A stretch of DNA of 32,000 nt from Promethearchaeum syntrophicum (GTDB lineage: Archaea; Asgardarchaeota; Lokiarchaeia; Sigyniarchaeales; Promethearchaeaceae): NCBI RefSeq assembly GCF_008000775.2, contig NZ_CP042905.2, positions 240,001 through 272,000 on the forward strand. The letters run 5' to 3'. The notes under the pieces were generated by a model, which saw only the letters and a list, made by a program, of their open reading frames with translations, did no database searches and was not told the DNA's origin. Below are positions 8,593-17,436 of the stretch, in pieces. The first letter of the stretch is position 1. Every line of letters starts with the position of its first letter. Both the position numbers and the translations under genes were made by a program.

Positions 8593-8931
8593 TTACATAG
8601 TTCTTTTTATTATATGATAACCAAATTGGCTTCTTACTGGTTCAGAAATATGCCCAACTTTTAATTTAACACACGCATTCCAGAACTCAGGAACCATCTT
8701 TCCTTTCCCAAATTCACCCAAATTTCCCCCTTTATTTTTACTTGAACATTCCGAATATTTCTTTGCTAATTCTTGAAAACTAATTCCTTCAGTCAGATCA
8801 TCACAAATTTGTTGAGCTAAACTTAATTTTTTAACTAATATATGACTTGCTTTGAGTTTTCCTCCTTTTATTGGAGATCCACCTGATTTTAAATTTTTAT
8901 TTCCTTTTTTTTTATTATTTGATTTACCCAT
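8593..8931 (-). CDS. Parvulin-type peptidyl-prolyl cis-trans isomerase, Par14/Pin4-like architecture
   Basis: Basic N-terminus [24 protein letters not shown], then KASHILVKK...[61 protein letters not shown]. Confidence 0.93.
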   Translation of the reverse strand: MGKSNNKKKGNKNLKSGGSPIKGGKLKASHILVKKLSLAQQICDDLTEGISFQELAKKYSECSSKNKGGNLGEFGKGKMVPEFWNACVKLKVGHISEPVRSQFGYHIIKRTM

Positions 8932-8957
8932 TATTTTTACCTTTTTTTTGATTTCAA

Positions 8958-9686
8958 TTAAGATTCTTCTAATTTGATTATTTTAAATAATTCATAAAGA
9001 CTGTTAACATGATAATTTGGTTTAATATTAATCCTTTGTTTCAACTTTTTAGGATCATATTTTGTTCCTCTATGGACTAAAACGGTAATTATCCCAATTT
9101 TATTTGCGGGTTCAATATCTTTGTCTAATCGATCTCCAACATATATTACTTCATTAGGTTTACAATTATATCTTTCCAGGAAATACGTAAATAGTTCAGG
9201 ATTAGGTTTTCTAACTGCCACTTCATCGGAAATTATTATATCATCAACTAAATCTTCAATTTTTAACCTTAGAATTTTTTCATATTGTTTTTTAGGAGAC
9301 CCATCAGTAATTATTGCGGTTTTTATATTAAGGGATTTCAGTTTTTCAAGTGTTTTAATTACATCCTTAAAAGGTTTAAAATGTTTTACTTTTTCTCGAT
9401 GATAACCCATAACTCCTGCGGCAACATATTTATTTACATTATGTTCTTGTCCAATTCGGAATTTTGAATCATTTTTTAATCTTAACAATAGATTATCTAA
9501 ATGATGTTCATCATTTGATCCAAATTCAATAACAATTTCATCTAATAATTGAATTGCATACTCTTCTGGAACAGGTAAACCATATTCTATCATCATTCGA
9601 ATTGATGCTTGCCGAGCTTTTTCTACTAAAAGAGTACCATTAAAGATTGTGTCATCCAGATCAAATCCTATCCATTTTATTGGCAT
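8958..9686 (-). CDS. HAD superfamily hydrolase
   Basis: Motif [11 protein letters not shown], motif II AIITDG, motif III KPNPELF, motif [17 protein letters not shown]. Confidence 0.92.
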   Translation of the reverse strand: MPIKWIGFDLDDTIFNGTLLVEKARQASIRMMIEYGLPVPEEYAIQLLDEIVIEFGSNDEHHLDNLLLRLKNDSKFRIGQEHNVNKYVAAGVMGYHREKVKHFKPFKDVIKTLEKLKSLNIKTAIITDGSPKKQYEKILRLKIEDLVDDIIISDEVAVRKPNPELFTYFLERYNCKPNEVIYVGDRLDKDIEPANKIGIITVLVHRGTKYDPKKLKQRINIKPNYHVNSLYELFKIIKLEES

Positions 9687-9844
9687 TATTTTTAGCTCCT
9701 TAAGGTTTTAATTCAAATTCTGCAAAATCAAGAATTTAATGTTATTAGTTTACTTTACAAAAAAATATAATATATAATTTTTTATTTTTAAATAATTAAA
9801 CTTACAAAACAATTCAATCTATTTTTAGAAGGTTTAAAAAAAAA

Positions 9845-11179
9845 ATGCAAATGGCAGTTGCGATTTCTTATTTTCATAGAAAAATCGGTCCTATAGTTTG
9901 GCATTCTTATCCAGAAGAAGCTTTAACTGATGAAGAAAAAGGACATCTAGCGGATATTATGGATCAGGCTTATGAAGAAGGTTTCTTTATGCAAAAGTTT
10001 GGAACGCTCACTTCGATGAATTATTATTTTGAAATTCCAAGTGAATGGGCTAGAGGAAATAAAGAATTATTGATGATTAGTTTAGTTTTAGACTCGTTTC
10101 CACAAGTTGGATTTGAAAAACCAATACAAGAATGGGCAGAATCATTTGCTAATAGATTAAGAGATAAAAAAGAGATTTATAAAGCTTTTTATAATACAGA
10201 TGACTCTCAAGTTTCCATTGAAGATCATCAAGATTTAAAAGAATTTAGTGAAAATATTAGATTTTGGTTAAAAGAATTATATTGGGTTGCTGTTGAAGTA
10301 GTTCGAGAGAAAACTGAAGAAGAAAAGTGGGCTGTTATTATGAGCCATCCCCAAATTTTCAAGGTTATTAAGAAATTATCAAAAGAACCAATGGATTTAG
10401 AAGTATTAAACAAATGGTTTATAACTTTATTCCCAAATTTCGAATTAACAGAAATATTAAAAGAATTAGAAGAACAAAAGTTTATTTTTATAAATACAAT
10501 TGGCCAAGATACATATGTTCTTTTAGTAAGAGATGTAAATATTATGCGAGTTCCTCCAGATGTTATTATTGATTTGGAGGAGGATTCCCCAGATTTAGCA
10601 GATTTAACTGAAATTTATATAAACGAAGTTCGGGATTTCTTTGAAACTTATACTCCAACACCGTTAGATTCTCTATCACTATTTGAATTATTTGCGGATC
10701 CGAAAGTATATAATGTTATCTCACAATTACGTGAGGGACCACTTCCAAAAGAAAAAATACTTTCAATGGTATCAGATACTTCATCAAAAGCTTATATGAA
10801 AAGCTTAGATTTACTCGTAAATAAAAGTATTATTCAAGAATTTTCATATTCGGGCGAATTCCTATATCTTTTAAGAACAGATGTTGTTTTAACTGCTAGC
10901 TTTCCAGAATATCTTAAAAGATTATTACCACGAGACACGAAAGGATATATTGCTCGTCAACGTTCTCATAAACCACTAGTCGCAAAAGAGATTGAAGAAA
11001 ATTCGGAAAAATTGAAAGATGATGATTTGCTAGAGAAATCAAATTACAAAATGATTTCAAGAATCGAGGATGAAATTGATATTGAGAGTAACCATGATGA
11101 GAATCGTAAAATGATTTCAGAGAGATTTAAAACCCTTATTAAAGATCCGGAAGAAAAAAAAGAAAAAAAGAAAAAATAA
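9845..11179 (+). CDS. Longin-like N-terminal domain protein with two winged-helix-like modules and Lys/Glu-rich tail (Nprl2/3-reminiscent architecture)
   Basis: N-terminus VAISYFHRKIGPIVWHSYPEE...; two helical + strand modules (IFKVIKKLSKEP..ILKELEEQKFIFINTIGQDTYVLLVRDVNIMRVPPD and VYNVISQLREGPLP..SLDLLVNKSIIQEFSYSGEFLYLLRTDVVLTASFP); tail EEKKEKKKK. Confidence 0.6.
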   Translation: MQMAVAISYFHRKIGPIVWHSYPEEALTDEEKGHLADIMDQAYEEGFFMQKFGTLTSMNYYFEIPSEWARGNKELLMISLVLDSFPQVGFEKPIQEWAESFANRLRDKKEIYKAFYNTDDSQVSIEDHQDLKEFSENIRFWLKELYWVAVEVVREKTEEEKWAVIMSHPQIFKVIKKLSKEPMDLEVLNKWFITLFPNFELTEILKELEEQKFIFINTIGQDTYVLLVRDVNIMRVPPDVIIDLEEDSPDLADLTEIYINEVRDFFETYTPTPLDSLSLFELFADPKVYNVISQLREGPLPKEKILSMVSDTSSKAYMKSLDLLVNKSIIQEFSYSGEFLYLLRTDVVLTASFPEYLKRLLPRDTKGYIARQRSHKPLVAKEIEENSEKLKDDDLLEKSNYKMISRIEDEIDIESNHDENRKMISERFKTLIKDPEEKKEKKKK

Positions 11180-11187
11180 TTTTCTGA

Positions 11188-12375
11188 TTAACGTTCTCTT
11201 TTTCCTTCAATAAACTCTTTAACCCATTCTTTTGCTAATACGTCTGAAGGTGGTTGAATATGCGGATGTTTAAAACTAAATGAGCTAATAGATTCCAAGC
11301 GACCACTAATTTTTCGGTTAAGAGCTAATTTCATAACACGAATTATATCACAAACAACTCCGGCACTATTAGGTGAATCCTCAACTTTTAGTTTAAGATC
11401 AGCAATTAAGGGTAAACCACCAAAAGTTATCCCATTTATACGGATATAACAAATTTTTTTATCTTGTAGAAAGGGAACATAATCAGAAGGTCCGATACGG
11501 CACTTAATATCATATGGTAGAACACTAGTAACTGCTGAAGTTTTAGATTTTCGTTTTGTGGTTAATCTATTTTCCATTTTCATGTTTTCAAAATCGGTAT
11601 TACCTCCTATATTGAGCTGGTATGTATCATTGATTATAACTCCTCTATCCAAGAATAGTTTAGCTAATACTCTATGTGAAATAGTTGCTCCGACTTGACT
11701 TTTAATATCATCTCCAGCACAAGGTAAACCTGCTTTTTCGAATTCAGCAACCCAATCTTTATCTCCTTCAACGTGTTCACTTACAATAAATTCAGGTATA
11801 TTATTAATAAATCCACATCCAGCATCTATCGCAGCTTGAGCATAAAAACGTGAAGCATTGTATGATCCGACAGGAAGAAAATTACAGAGAATTTCTGCTT
11901 TCGATTCACGTAGAATTTGAGCTACATCACATTCTTTGGTGTCTTCAGGATTATAACAATGAAAACTATCAAGCATATGAGGTGCACAACCATCAAGAAT
12001 TGGGCCTGCATGAACTTTCACACCTAGTTGAGGCATTTTCTCTTTAGGAACTATTGGTTGACAAACATTAGGCTCTTCATAAATTGCATCACTGACATCT
12101 TTTCCAATTTTTAAATCATTTATATCAAATGCCGCGACTATTTTGATATTCTTATATGTATATCCTCCGATTGAAGGATTCATAAGGCCTTTGATGAACG
12201 CATCATCACCTTTTATATCTTTATAATATTCCATCCCCATAATTAAAGCAGAAGCACAATTTCCTAAACCCGCTATGGCTACTCTAATTTCATCATCACG
12301 TGAGATCCCTTCATTTGTTGATCCTAACGACATTTCGGAATGTTCACTAGCTTTATTATAAGTATCTTCATCCAT
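11188..12375 (-). CDS. ino1: Myo-inositol-1-phosphate synthase
   Basis: VAIAGLGNCASALIMGMEYYKD, GDDIKSQVGATISHRVLAKLFLDRGV, NIGGNTDFENM, KRKSKTSAVTSVLPY and GPSDYVPFLQDKK motifs. Confidence 0.95.
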   Translation of the reverse strand: MDEDTYNKASEHSEMSLGSTNEGISRDDEIRVAIAGLGNCASALIMGMEYYKDIKGDDAFIKGLMNPSIGGYTYKNIKIVAAFDINDLKIGKDVSDAIYEEPNVCQPIVPKEKMPQLGVKVHAGPILDGCAPHMLDSFHCYNPEDTKECDVAQILRESKAEILCNFLPVGSYNASRFYAQAAIDAGCGFINNIPEFIVSEHVEGDKDWVAEFEKAGLPCAGDDIKSQVGATISHRVLAKLFLDRGVIINDTYQLNIGGNTDFENMKMENRLTTKRKSKTSAVTSVLPYDIKCRIGPSDYVPFLQDKKICYIRINGITFGGLPLIADLKLKVEDSPNSAGVVCDIIRVMKLALNRKISGRLESISSFSFKHPHIQPPSDVLAKEWVKEFIEGKRER

Positions 12376-12480
12376 AGTGACGAGTTAATTCAAATTCTAA
12401 TTTAAATTAAATTTAAAAATGTCCCCTAATTTAGGGCATAAATAGGATCTTTTTTATTTCATATGAAATTAGCATTATAG

Positions 12481-12942
12481 ATGACCTCTTCTCAACGGAA
12501 AAATCAAGTGCGTCTTAAGATTTATATTCCAGAGATTAAGTTTCAAGATTGGACGGACTATCTAGAGGAATTCAATCCAATTTCTGAATTTTTCTTTAAC
12601 TTTAGTCTTTGGGTTCGAAAAAGTCTATTAAACCTTCCTGAAAAAGAATCAATAGCATTAATCCCTTTTCAGAATCGCGCAAAATTCCAAAAGAATTTAA
12701 AAAAGTTAGAGAAAACTGTGTGGATTTCTAAAACACATAAGCAAGCTCTGATGCAGAAAAAAGGAATATTATCTCTTAATGCCTTTATTTTGCTAATTCT
12801 TGATTTAAACATATACGGGAGTACGACAGAAAAGCAAAATATTCAATATATGTTTCAATTGCGAGAAAGAATAGAAAACTTAGAAAATCGCGTTTTTAAT
12901 CTAATTGATCAATTAAATGTAAAATATGGGGAAAACTATTAA
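12481..12942 (+). CDS. Hypothetical protein
   Basis: 153 aa ORF with ATG, divergent from ino1; no family recognised; charged C-terminal helix. Confidence 0.45.
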   Translation: MTSSQRKNQVRLKIYIPEIKFQDWTDYLEEFNPISEFFFNFSLWVRKSLLNLPEKESIALIPFQNRAKFQKNLKKLEKTVWISKTHKQALMQKKGILSLNAFILLILDLNIYGSTTEKQNIQYMFQLRERIENLENRVFNLIDQLNVKYGENY

Positions 12943-13018
12943 TTTCGGCTCAGCGTGGGGCGACTATTTCATAGCTATCGCTCAAATTGTCAATTGGGAT
13001 CATCATAGCCGTGAAAAA

Positions 13019-13339
13019 TTAACATTCATTGATACATTTAAGAAAATTACAACCTTTTTGAGTTATCATATACTTTGAATCAATAATTTCAACTAATTTC
13101 AAATTTATTAAAACAGGCAAACGCCCAGTTACACAAACCATCGGAACCCCCGAGAGCATCATAATAGCATCATCATTTTGTGCACCTTTATAAATTGCTG
13201 AGGCAATTTGGATACCAAAATCTCCTAATAAATATTTAAAACTGGTGAGTTCTTCAATTTCACTATCTGATAGAGGTGGATTGATGTTTGCTGAGTTTTT
13301 TAATGTCATGAAAAATTCATTTTCTTGAACTTTATTCAA
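13019..13339 (-). CDS. Small putative winged-helix protein
   Basis: FKYLLGDFGIQIASAIYKGAQNDDAIMMLSGVPMVCVTGRLPVLINLKLVEIIDSKYMITQKG has HTH-then-wing layout. Confidence 0.5.
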   Translation of the reverse strand: MNKVQENEFFMTLKNSANINPPLSDSEIEELTSFKYLLGDFGIQIASAIYKGAQNDDAIMMLSGVPMVCVTGRLPVLINLKLVEIIDSKYMITQKGCNFLKCINEC

Positions 13340-13371
13340 ATTTAATTGTTTATCATCTTGTAAAAAATTTT

Positions 13372-13815
13372 CTAATTTGGTTTTTTTGATATTGTTTCAA
13401 TACCGCACTGCACCACATCATAATTCTTTGAAATAAGATCGGTCAAAGTTATTCCCTCTTCCCAATTTTTATGCGGTAAAATATAATATTCAACAGAAAA
13501 TTTCCCTTTTTTTTCACTGATACCGGTTGTATGAATTAACTTATAATTTAATAGATATTTAGTTGTATTTTTTAAAGCCTCTTTTGAACCGGTGTTGTAA
13601 ATTATTTTTAATTTCCAAATTTCATGTGATTTTACAGAGTAACAAGTAATCCGAGTCAATTCAGAGCTTATAGAATATATTAATAACATATTCAATGAAG
13701 AATCATAGGGTACGGTTAATTCTGAAGACACTAATAATTTTTTAAAATTTTCATAAGATTTTAGAAATCCAATAGTAATTGGAGGAATCTTTTGATTTAA
13801 TGGATATTTTTTCAC
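13372..13815 (-). CDS. Hypothetical protein downstream of rnp2
   Basis: 147 aa ORF, same strand and closely spaced after Pop5; NTTKYLLNYKLIHTTGISEKKGKFSVEYYILPH resembles a wHTH tail but no family is assigned. Confidence 0.45.
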   Translation of the reverse strand: MKKYPLNQKIPPITIGFLKSYENFKKLLVSSELTVPYDSSLNMLLIYSISSELTRITCYSVKSHEIWKLKIIYNTGSKEALKNTTKYLLNYKLIHTTGISEKKGKFSVEYYILPHKNWEEGITLTDLISKNYDVVQCGIETISKKPN

Positions 13816-13838
13816 GTTATAATATATAAAATTAGAAT

Positions 13839-14222
13839 TTATTTGTGTTTGTGTTTATTCAAATCAGATTTTTCTCTTTTAGGGGGAAGAGTAGAAAAAG
13901 TGTGTCGCCAAATTTTTAAAGTTTTCTTGATGGTTCCACTTGTAATCCTAGTATGGAAAATTACAGGTGTTGAGTTTAATTCTTTTACTAACATCATCGC
14001 GGTAATTAAATGGTATTTTGAAATATTATCAACACGTATTATTCCAATTTGATTAGAAGGATCCCATCTTATCATCCAAAGACCTACTTTAAAAGTAATA
14101 TATTCTCCAAAGAATTTTATCAATTTCTTCCCAATTGCTTTAATAATTAAATTTTTATCAAATAAACCCTTTTTTGGGGAAATTATCTCAAATAAAATAT
14201 ATCTTTGCCTAATATACTTCAT
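13839..14222 (-). CDS. rnp2: Ribonuclease P protein component 2 (Pop5/Rpp14 family)
   Basis: RQRYILFEIISPKKGLFDKNLIIKAIGKKLIKFFGEYITFKVGLWMIRWDPSNQIGIIRVDNISKYHLITAMMLV; overlaps the Rpp30 ORF by 4 nt. Confidence 0.88.
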   Translation of the reverse strand: MKYIRQRYILFEIISPKKGLFDKNLIIKAIGKKLIKFFGEYITFKVGLWMIRWDPSNQIGIIRVDNISKYHLITAMMLVKELNSTPVIFHTRITSGTIKKTLKIWRHTFSTLPPKREKSDLNKHKHK

Positions 14223-15028
14223 TTATTTAATCCTTCCTCTGCATTTTTATCAATGATATCTACAATTTCTACACCAGGTTCGATAAACAATTTTTGATCA
14301 CGTTTTATGAATCTCAATATGATTTCTTCAGGGTTTTTTACCAAAATCTTTTTAGCTTGAAATTCGGGAATATTACAAACTGAAAATAGAAATGAAATTG
14401 TTTCTTTTGGACCGCGCATTAACCAATAATTATTATTAATAGAATCCGATCCGATTATATATTTATTGGAGCTGGGTTTAGCTTTAAGAAGTAAACGATA
14501 TAAGACACGCAAAATCTTTGTTCTTTTAAAATGTTCAAATTCAATAAGATGTGTAAGACTAATATCTAAATAACATTCATTTTGACGCGCAAGAGAAATA
14601 ATTCCTTTAGTTAAATTTTTCTGAGAATCGATAGTCGGCACAGATAAAATATCAACTCGACCGTCTCTAGCCGCAATCTCAAGAATTTCTTTATTTAATG
14701 ACTTTACAGCAATTAAGCATCTTCTTTCTTTCCAAACAGTGAGATCCTTTTTTAATGAATTTGTACTCTTAGGATTTAAAGTTACCCGGGGGATTAAAGG
14801 AATGGGAGAATTTTCTGTTCGATAATTCAAAACTGTTTTAATCGACAAAGGAAATTTAATTTTAGGTAAATTTTTTGGAAAAAAATCGGACCTAATAAAA
14901 TTCTGGTAGTCGTTTTTCGATTTTAAATCAACAATTGCTGCTTGATAACCAATTTGATGGCATAAAGAGATAATTTTTAGAAAATCGGATGGATTATTTT
15001 GCCAAGGGATACAACTATTGATGAACAT
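14219..15028 (-). CDS. rnp3: Ribonuclease P protein component 3 (Rpp30 family)
   Basis: VDILSVPTIDSQKNLTKGIISLARQNECYLDISLTHLIE...IIGSDSINNNYWLMRGPKETISFLFSVCNIP matches the Rpp30 PHP-like pattern; adjacent to Pop5. Confidence 0.88.
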   Translation of the reverse strand: MFINSCIPWQNNPSDFLKIISLCHQIGYQAAIVDLKSKNDYQNFIRSDFFPKNLPKIKFPLSIKTVLNYRTENSPIPLIPRVTLNPKSTNSLKKDLTVWKERRCLIAVKSLNKEILEIAARDGRVDILSVPTIDSQKNLTKGIISLARQNECYLDISLTHLIEFEHFKRTKILRVLYRLLLKAKPSSNKYIIGSDSINNNYWLMRGPKETISFLFSVCNIPEFQAKKILVKNPEEIILRFIKRDQKLFIEPGVEIVDIIDKNAEEGLNK

Positions 15029-15044
15029 ATAAGAGTCTCCGTAT

Positions 15045-15527
15045 CTATAAAAGATTCAGATCCATAAAATATTTCTTAATATTATCTGTTGTTATCTGGG
15101 AATGAGATTTATTTTGAATTGCAATTATAACCTGAATAACATCACTAGTTTCTGCAAGCTTAATTTTTCCTAATGTTAAAAATTGCTTATCTAACCTAAA
15201 ATAAAGTTTTAATTTACCATCTAAACGGCTTTCAAATGAAGATTTCAATTGATTTTTATCCTCATTGCTCAAATTCTCAGCAATTTTTGCAATTACATAT
15301 TTTATCGACTTTTGAATCTTTAATACAATTAATACATCCAAGATTTTTTGACTAAAAGTACCGGTACAATTATTTATTTGAAAGGTTTCTTCTAAAATTT
15401 CTTTGGGAATCAAATTCAAAAAAGAATTCTTTACTTTTTCAATTGATTCGGTATTATGGGCATGAGTACGAAACTCAATTTGCCTAATTTTTAACGAAAT
15501 TGATGGATTTGTTAAAGGATTTTCCAT
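15045..15527 (-). CDS. RNA-binding protein, archaeal PF01877/exosome-associated type
   Basis: ISLKIRQIEFRTHAHNTESIEKVKNSFLNLIP...NCTGTFSQKILVLIVLK-type region; conserved archaeal position between Rpp30 and L15e. Confidence 0.75.
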   Translation of the reverse strand: MENPLTNPSISLKIRQIEFRTHAHNTESIEKVKNSFLNLIPKEILEETFQINNCTGTFSQKILDVLIVLKIQKSIKYVIAKIAENLSNEDKNQLKSSFESRLDGKLKLYFRLDKQFLTLGKIKLAETSDVIQVIIAIQNKSHSQITTDNIKKYFMDLNLL

Positions 15528-15561
15528 TTTATTCTATCTTCAAATAAGTAGATAAAAAAAA

Positions 15562-16146
15562 TTAATGTCGATTACGGTTTGCTCTTAGTGAAGGCCTTAT
15601 CTTCTCGCTACCCTTTCCTTTTCTTCTTAATCCTCTAGTCTTCTTTCCTGCAGATGTTAATCCACGAAAAACTCGTTGTGTATTATTATTACGGGAAATC
15701 CAATTAATGTTAGGATCAGCTTTTATAACAGGATGGTCTGGATCAATTAATATTACTTCAAAATAATGAGATTTTCCGTCAGAAGCAACTTTATATGAAT
15801 TTAAAACTTGTAAATTAGGATATTTCTTAGCAGTTCGCTCTTCTGCAATCCAACGTAAATTTTTCTTTGTTGTTATCTTATTTACTCCAAGATTTCCTGC
15901 TTTTCGTCCCATTTTAGGTCTTATTTTTGCCATTGTTCCTCTGCGAATTTTGGTTATAGCAACAATATATCCTTGTTTAGCTTTATATCCAAGTGCACGC
16001 GCTCGATGTAATTTGGTTGGCTTATTGATTCTTACTGTTGTTGGACCACGCCTAAGATCGATCATTCGTTTCCAATTTTCAGAATCATAAGAATTATCAT
16101 GTTTTTCAAATGTTTCTGCAATATATTTATATCCCGACTTAACCAT
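15562..16146 (-). CDS. rpl15e: Large ribosomal subunit protein L15e
   Basis: GYKYIAETFEK...RKGPTTVRI-like start, RARALGYKAKQGYIVAITKIRRG, WIAEERTAKKYPNLQVLNSYKVASDGKSHYFEVILIDPDHP, RGLTSAGKKTRGLRRKGKG. Confidence 0.97.
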   Translation of the reverse strand: MVKSGYKYIAETFEKHDNSYDSENWKRMIDLRRGPTTVRINKPTKLHRARALGYKAKQGYIVAITKIRRGTMAKIRPKMGRKAGNLGVNKITTKKNLRWIAEERTAKKYPNLQVLNSYKVASDGKSHYFEVILIDPDHPVIKADPNINWISRNNNTQRVFRGLTSAGKKTRGLRRKGKGSEKIRPSLRANRNRH

Positions 16147-16262
16147 TTTTCTCTACTCTAGGGTTTTTCAAAGAGAATGAAGGCGACATAAATTAATAAT
16201 TTTTCGAAATATGATTATTTCAAAAATGAAATAAAATAAGAAATTTGTTTATTCTATAAATA

Positions 16263-16958
16263 TTATAAATCTGGAACATCAGGAGGTAATTTTATTGGTT
16301 TTGATGTATCTGGAGCTTTACCATCACCCATAGCTTGGTAAACAGCAGTACGGCGCGCTAACTCTGCAAATACTTTATAAACATTTTGAGCATTTGAATA
16401 TAGAGCGATAGTTTCATATACGATGGGATTCCATATATATAATTTGTGATCTGTTGGAAGAAATACACCTTCTTGTCTCAATATCTCTTCTACTTCACTT
16501 TTATTAAGAGGATTCGGTAAATCTTGCTTATTCACCATAACAAGGATTGGCAAATCAGTAATTAGCTTATTTGCTGCTACATTTTTCAATTCTTTTAATG
16601 AATTTATATTATCTTCTATCCGGTTTCTTTGAGCATCGAAAACAAATATCACACCATCAGTTCCAAGGAAAATTTTTTTACGTAAAGGTGAAAACCTCGC
16701 TTGACCCGCCACTGTATAAACATGATAAAAAATTTTTTGTTGTTTCTTTGATTGGAAAATACCTCTATCAAAATATAGCGTGGATCCGCTTGCCATTGCA
16801 ATTTTAGTTAAATTGCCTGTAGGAGTGACATCTTTTCCAAAAGTGCCGTCTTTGGTTAATCGATAGAGAGTATCCACTGCAGTAGTTTTACCCGATCCAG
16901 CACATCCCCAATAAAGGAGTTTTACAAATACTTCTCCAGATTTATTTATTCGAACCAT
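16263..16958 (-). CDS. MglA-like small GTPase
   Basis: VKLLYWGCAGSGKTTAVDTLYR, TLYFDRG, VYTVAGQARFSPLRKKIFLGTDGVIFVFDAQ (MglA-type TVPGQ/DgviFVaDsq layout), G4 VNKQDLP. Confidence 0.88.
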   Translation of the reverse strand: MVRINKSGEVFVKLLYWGCAGSGKTTAVDTLYRLTKDGTFGKDVTPTGNLTKIAMASGSTLYFDRGIFQSKKQQKIFYHVYTVAGQARFSPLRKKIFLGTDGVIFVFDAQRNRIEDNINSLKELKNVAANKLITDLPILVMVNKQDLPNPLNKSEVEEILRQEGVFLPTDHKLYIWNPIVYETIALYSNAQNVYKVFAELARRTAVYQAMGDGKAPDTSKPIKLPPDVPDL

Positions 16959-17190
16959 CTTTGAATACCGAGATTTTTAGTTTCACTAATGAACGATTGA
17001 ACAATTATGTTTTAATATTCATTATAAGATTTTTTTTTAATAAGAATTTTAGCAATTTCTGTAGTTATTATTATGATAATTCAAAATTCGCTAAAAGAGT
17101 TATTATTAAAAACTATAGTAAAAAAGATTGCATTAAAAATGAATATTTTTATTACTCGATTTATATATTAAAATCAAGAAGTTGTTTCTT

Positions 17191-17436
17191 ATGATTAAAC
17201 AAGGATATTGTATCCGTTGTGGAGAATCCATTCCAATAGATGAAATGAATCCTTATTGTCCCTTATGTGGAGGACAATGTTCATTTTCAAATCGATATTC
17301 TTCTTCAGAAAACTCTGAAATGTTTTGTCATCTATGTGGGGAAGCAACTTATATTTCATCCACTCATCCAATATGTTCTGAATGTGAAAATAAAATTAAA
17401 AGTGAAAAAAATGGAAATAAAAAAAAAAAGTTTTGA
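17191..17436 (+). CDS. Small double zinc-ribbon protein
   Basis: YCIRCGESIPIDEMNPYCPLCGG and MFCHLCGEATYISSTHPICSEC: two CxxC...CxxC pairs. The ATG at 17191 is a better start than the upstream TTG at 17182. Confidence 0.65.
   Translation: MIKQGYCIRCGESIPIDEMNPYCPLCGGQCSFSNRYSSSENSEMFCHLCGEATYISSTHPICSECENKIKSEKNGNKKKKF

Noticed and set aside
9121-9467. ORFs 9121..9402 and 9285..9467 on the plus strand
   Set aside because: Antisense to a clear HAD hydrolase (8958..9686, minus) with all four motifs; translations look like antisense artefacts.
11850-12047. Plus-strand ORF 11850..12047
   Set aside because: Antisense to ino1 with no recognisable features.
13843-14052. Plus-strand ORF 13843..14052
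   Set aside because: Antisense to the Pop5 gene.
16961-17194. ORF 16961..17194 (77 aa, Asn/Phe/Tyr rich)
   Set aside because: Lies in AT-rich intergenic DNA, has a composition typical of random translation of such sequence, and shows no family signal.
17267-17410. N-terminal 48 aa of track ORF 17267..17842
   Set aside because: Out-of-frame reading of the zinc-ribbon gene; the MaoC family begins at the ATG at 17411.
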